NCBI GenBank assembly: GCA_026023565.1
Contig: JAPETS010000021.1
Location: 62,001 to 126,000, forward strand
Reading direction: 5' to 3'
Source of the DNA: Cirrosporium novae-zelandiae
Lineage: Eukaryota
DNA length: 64,000 nucleotides
Within the stretch, counting starts at the first letter, position 1, and every line of letters starts with the position of its first letter. Under the pieces are notes generated by a model. That model was not told the DNA's origin, searched no databases, and saw only the letters and a list, made by a program, of their open reading frames with translations. Shown here one piece after another: positions 61,600-64,000 of this stretch. Both the position numbers and the translations under genes were made by a program.

Positions 61600-63727
61600 G
61601 AGGTCCGTCAAAGCATAGAGACTCTTCAGTAATATCTCTTTCAGCCACTAACAGATTGATTGTTGAACTGTGAGAATGGAATGGTTTGTATGCGACACAA
61701 CCAGGCCCTCCTCTTCTCGCCATGTTAATATTATGGGATGGTAAATAAGATTGCGCCTAAAGCACACTGTGATGCGTCACTAATGGAAGGAAGATTATAC
61801 ATTGTAGCGAAAGGTCTTAGAGCGGCTCCTGTGGAACAACGTAAAGATTTGATTGAATGTTGGATTCGATTTCTATAATGACATGATAGGAAAGTGAAGA
61901 ACATCCTCTGCTTACAGAATGATAGAACACCCAAAGTTCTGATGTTATATCGAAGAACTACCCCAAGCTGGCCAATCATAACCGCAATAACACTACCACT
62001 CCAAAACCCCATCTACCACAATATTACTATTCTACATTCACCTGGATCATTTATTCCTTCCCGCTCTTTTACCTTCCTGTTCTGGTTGAGTTCACTGATT
62101 TCGGCCTCTAGCATCTGATGTTGCTATTGCCTTTGGTCAGTTGGTATTGATTCCACATATGCATTCTTGGGAGGCTTCGATACTGCCCTTCCTATCGTTT
62201 GACGGCAATATTGAGCTTTCTTTTCCCCTGGGATTGATGTCCAACTATCAAGCGGTGGATAGCCGCATTTGACCTAGGTAGCATCACCTTTCGCTATCAT
62301 ATGAAGCATCCAAAGAGCAAGTTTCGCCGTCATTTCTCTGCCATGATTTCACTATGGGGTCGATCGACTTCACCTCCACAGCATCATAATTCTCGATTGA
62401 ACTGCTACCGATGCTATACAGCAAACCGATGTCGTCCAAAGACATTTCACTAAATGTTGAGACCAAGGACTGACCGCGTTGATGACTTATGACTCGTGAA
62501 TAAGTGGCTTCGGATCTAAGAGGCCGTGATGTCGACAATGGTTGTTCCACATCCTGAGACTTGGCCACACGTACTGCCACTAGCTCTTCCGCTGTCTACG
62601 CGTAACGTACATTCGTTTCAGCTCAGTATGTCAGGATTTAGGAAATTGGTAGGTTGAACTGAGCTTTCGAATACCCATCCGTTCCATTTTTCTAGGACTT
62701 TTGGAATTTTGTGCTCAGTTTACTATCTCCAGGGAGCAGATTGCGATAATATTGCTTTTCGCCCCATTTTTTGACTTGATCGCGCTGCACGCCAGCACAG
62801 TCAAGACGGAGCCGGCGAGCCTCTTGAATGGTTGTTCACCTGCCTCAGGAAATGTGTATTTTAGGTCTGTCCAGACCCAATTTCTCTTTGACGAGATGAA
62901 TCACGACAGACAATGCAGCTGATATAGGAAGTTGAATCAAGGTTCAGAAAAGATACGAGAAGATACGAGAAGCTATCCTCGTCCCACATCTCCTAGCTCA
63001 ATGAATCGAGCATTAGCACACCAGGAAGGGCGTCGGGTGAAAGCTCGTGCTGCAGGATATCCCCATGTCAGATGCCATAAATACCAGGTTGGGTTCGATT
63101 CCCAAGAGCGCTAGTGATTAGTCACACTAGTATCAGTGTTCTTCTCCTTATACATCGAAAGATAGTTTACTATTGAATTCTGACCAATCGCACACTCCTA
63201 GTATTTCCGAAAACCAGGGTGGATGGCTATTCGGCTAGATCCCCCAAAAGGCTTTCCCGTTTGATAACCCTAGAAACCGCGCGTAATAGTTGATCCGGAA
63301 AGTTCCCCGGCCCAGGCTCATGAAAAAGTGACTATCGTGCGGCACAGTTCAATTAATTCCCACGGAACGGAAGCTAATTGTCGATTGGCAATGTTTCACG
63401 ATTTAGCTTGTGAACTACATGCTCAACGCCTATAAAAACGATGCTCCTAGATATCAGTCCACAAACATTCTTAAACAAGGAAGCAGCACCGAGGGTTGAC
63501 ATATATATATGAATAGTAATTCCACCAATACTTATATGTTTGCTAATCGAGTTGGTTGTGCCATATATAAACCTTGTCCATACCTTGTCATCTAGCCACT
63601 GTATCTTGGAATCAAACAGACCACGGCGGATCTGATCGGAGGTCTTATCTGAGGATGCCAATAGAGAGCACTTTAATGAATTTGTTTGTGAGTAACAGGA
63701 ATTCATCCGATCATCAATTCAAACAAT

Positions 63728-64000
63728 ATGGCCGAGGTTGAGAGCATCTCTGCTAGTAAAAACATTGCTGAAACGAACGACCCTTCCGAGAAATATAGTA
63801 AGTGGCAATTGAAACCTTGATTAATCCTATAATGTCGGGGTTTGACTTGGAGTCCAATTCTGATCACCGCGAGAATCCCAATGATGACAACGATTCCGCG
63901 CTTGGTAATGATGATGATTCCACCTATACTAGCTCGCTGACTTCCGAAGCGATCAATTATAGATGGGAGAACGGGCGGAGGTATCATGGGTACCAGGATG
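63728..64000 (+). CDS. LaeA-like (Llm/TdiE-type) SAM-dependent methyltransferase, 5' part, runs off the window
   Basis: MAEVES..., GTAAGT donor at ~63798, then acidic DDNDSALG...TSSLTSEAINYRWENGRRYHGYQD signature. Confidence 0.8.

Noticed and set aside
63295..63320. GGAAAGTTCCCCGG resembling RNase MRP CR-I
   Set aside because: Imperfect match, and no matching CR-V found downstream
61980..63710. Short minus-strand ORFs (62284-62580, 63374-63706)
   Set aside because: Protein-like in places, but fragmented and not assignable to a family
1..64000. CRISPR arrays, rRNA or tRNA genes, PKS/NRPS core genes
   Set aside because: None recognised by eye; an intron-containing tRNA could be missed without tRNAscan-SE

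Overview
Filamentous ascomycete (Pezizomycotina, probably Eurotiomycetes-like) nuclear DNA with spliceosomal introns. 0.2-9.7 kb is a conserved housekeeping block (RHO1, mitochondrial uL24, ALG14, IMA1). 9.8-16 kb is gene-poor, low-complexity and possibly structured. 16.0-19.6 kb holds a divergent PhyH-type Fe(II)/2OG dioxygenase and class-III PLP aminotransferase pair. About 20-44 kb is a decaying accessory island. It carries solo LTRs, two intact-looking modules of a minimal protein kinase next to a ~90-100 aa Cys/His micro-protein, APH-like kinases, an SRPK-like fragment, a DUF6540-like pseudogene, an NB-ARC-TPR NLR pseudogene and a beta-lactamase-like pseudogene. One APH gene appears cut in two by a base-precise ~7.07 kb inversion. 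45.9-55.9 kb is a nutrient-scavenging block (Git1-like MFS, Dal5/AstA-like MFS, secreted arylsulfatase, DHA2 MFS). 56.3-64 kb contains a HET-domain protein with an embedded GAL4-type Zn2Cys6 finger, a deamidase-like ORF, an ankyrin fragment and the start of a LaeA-like methyltransferase. The main candidates for new biology are the HET-Zn2Cys6 fusion, the repeated kinase/micro-protein modules and the reconstructable inversion. All family calls come from motif recognition by eye; no database searches were run.
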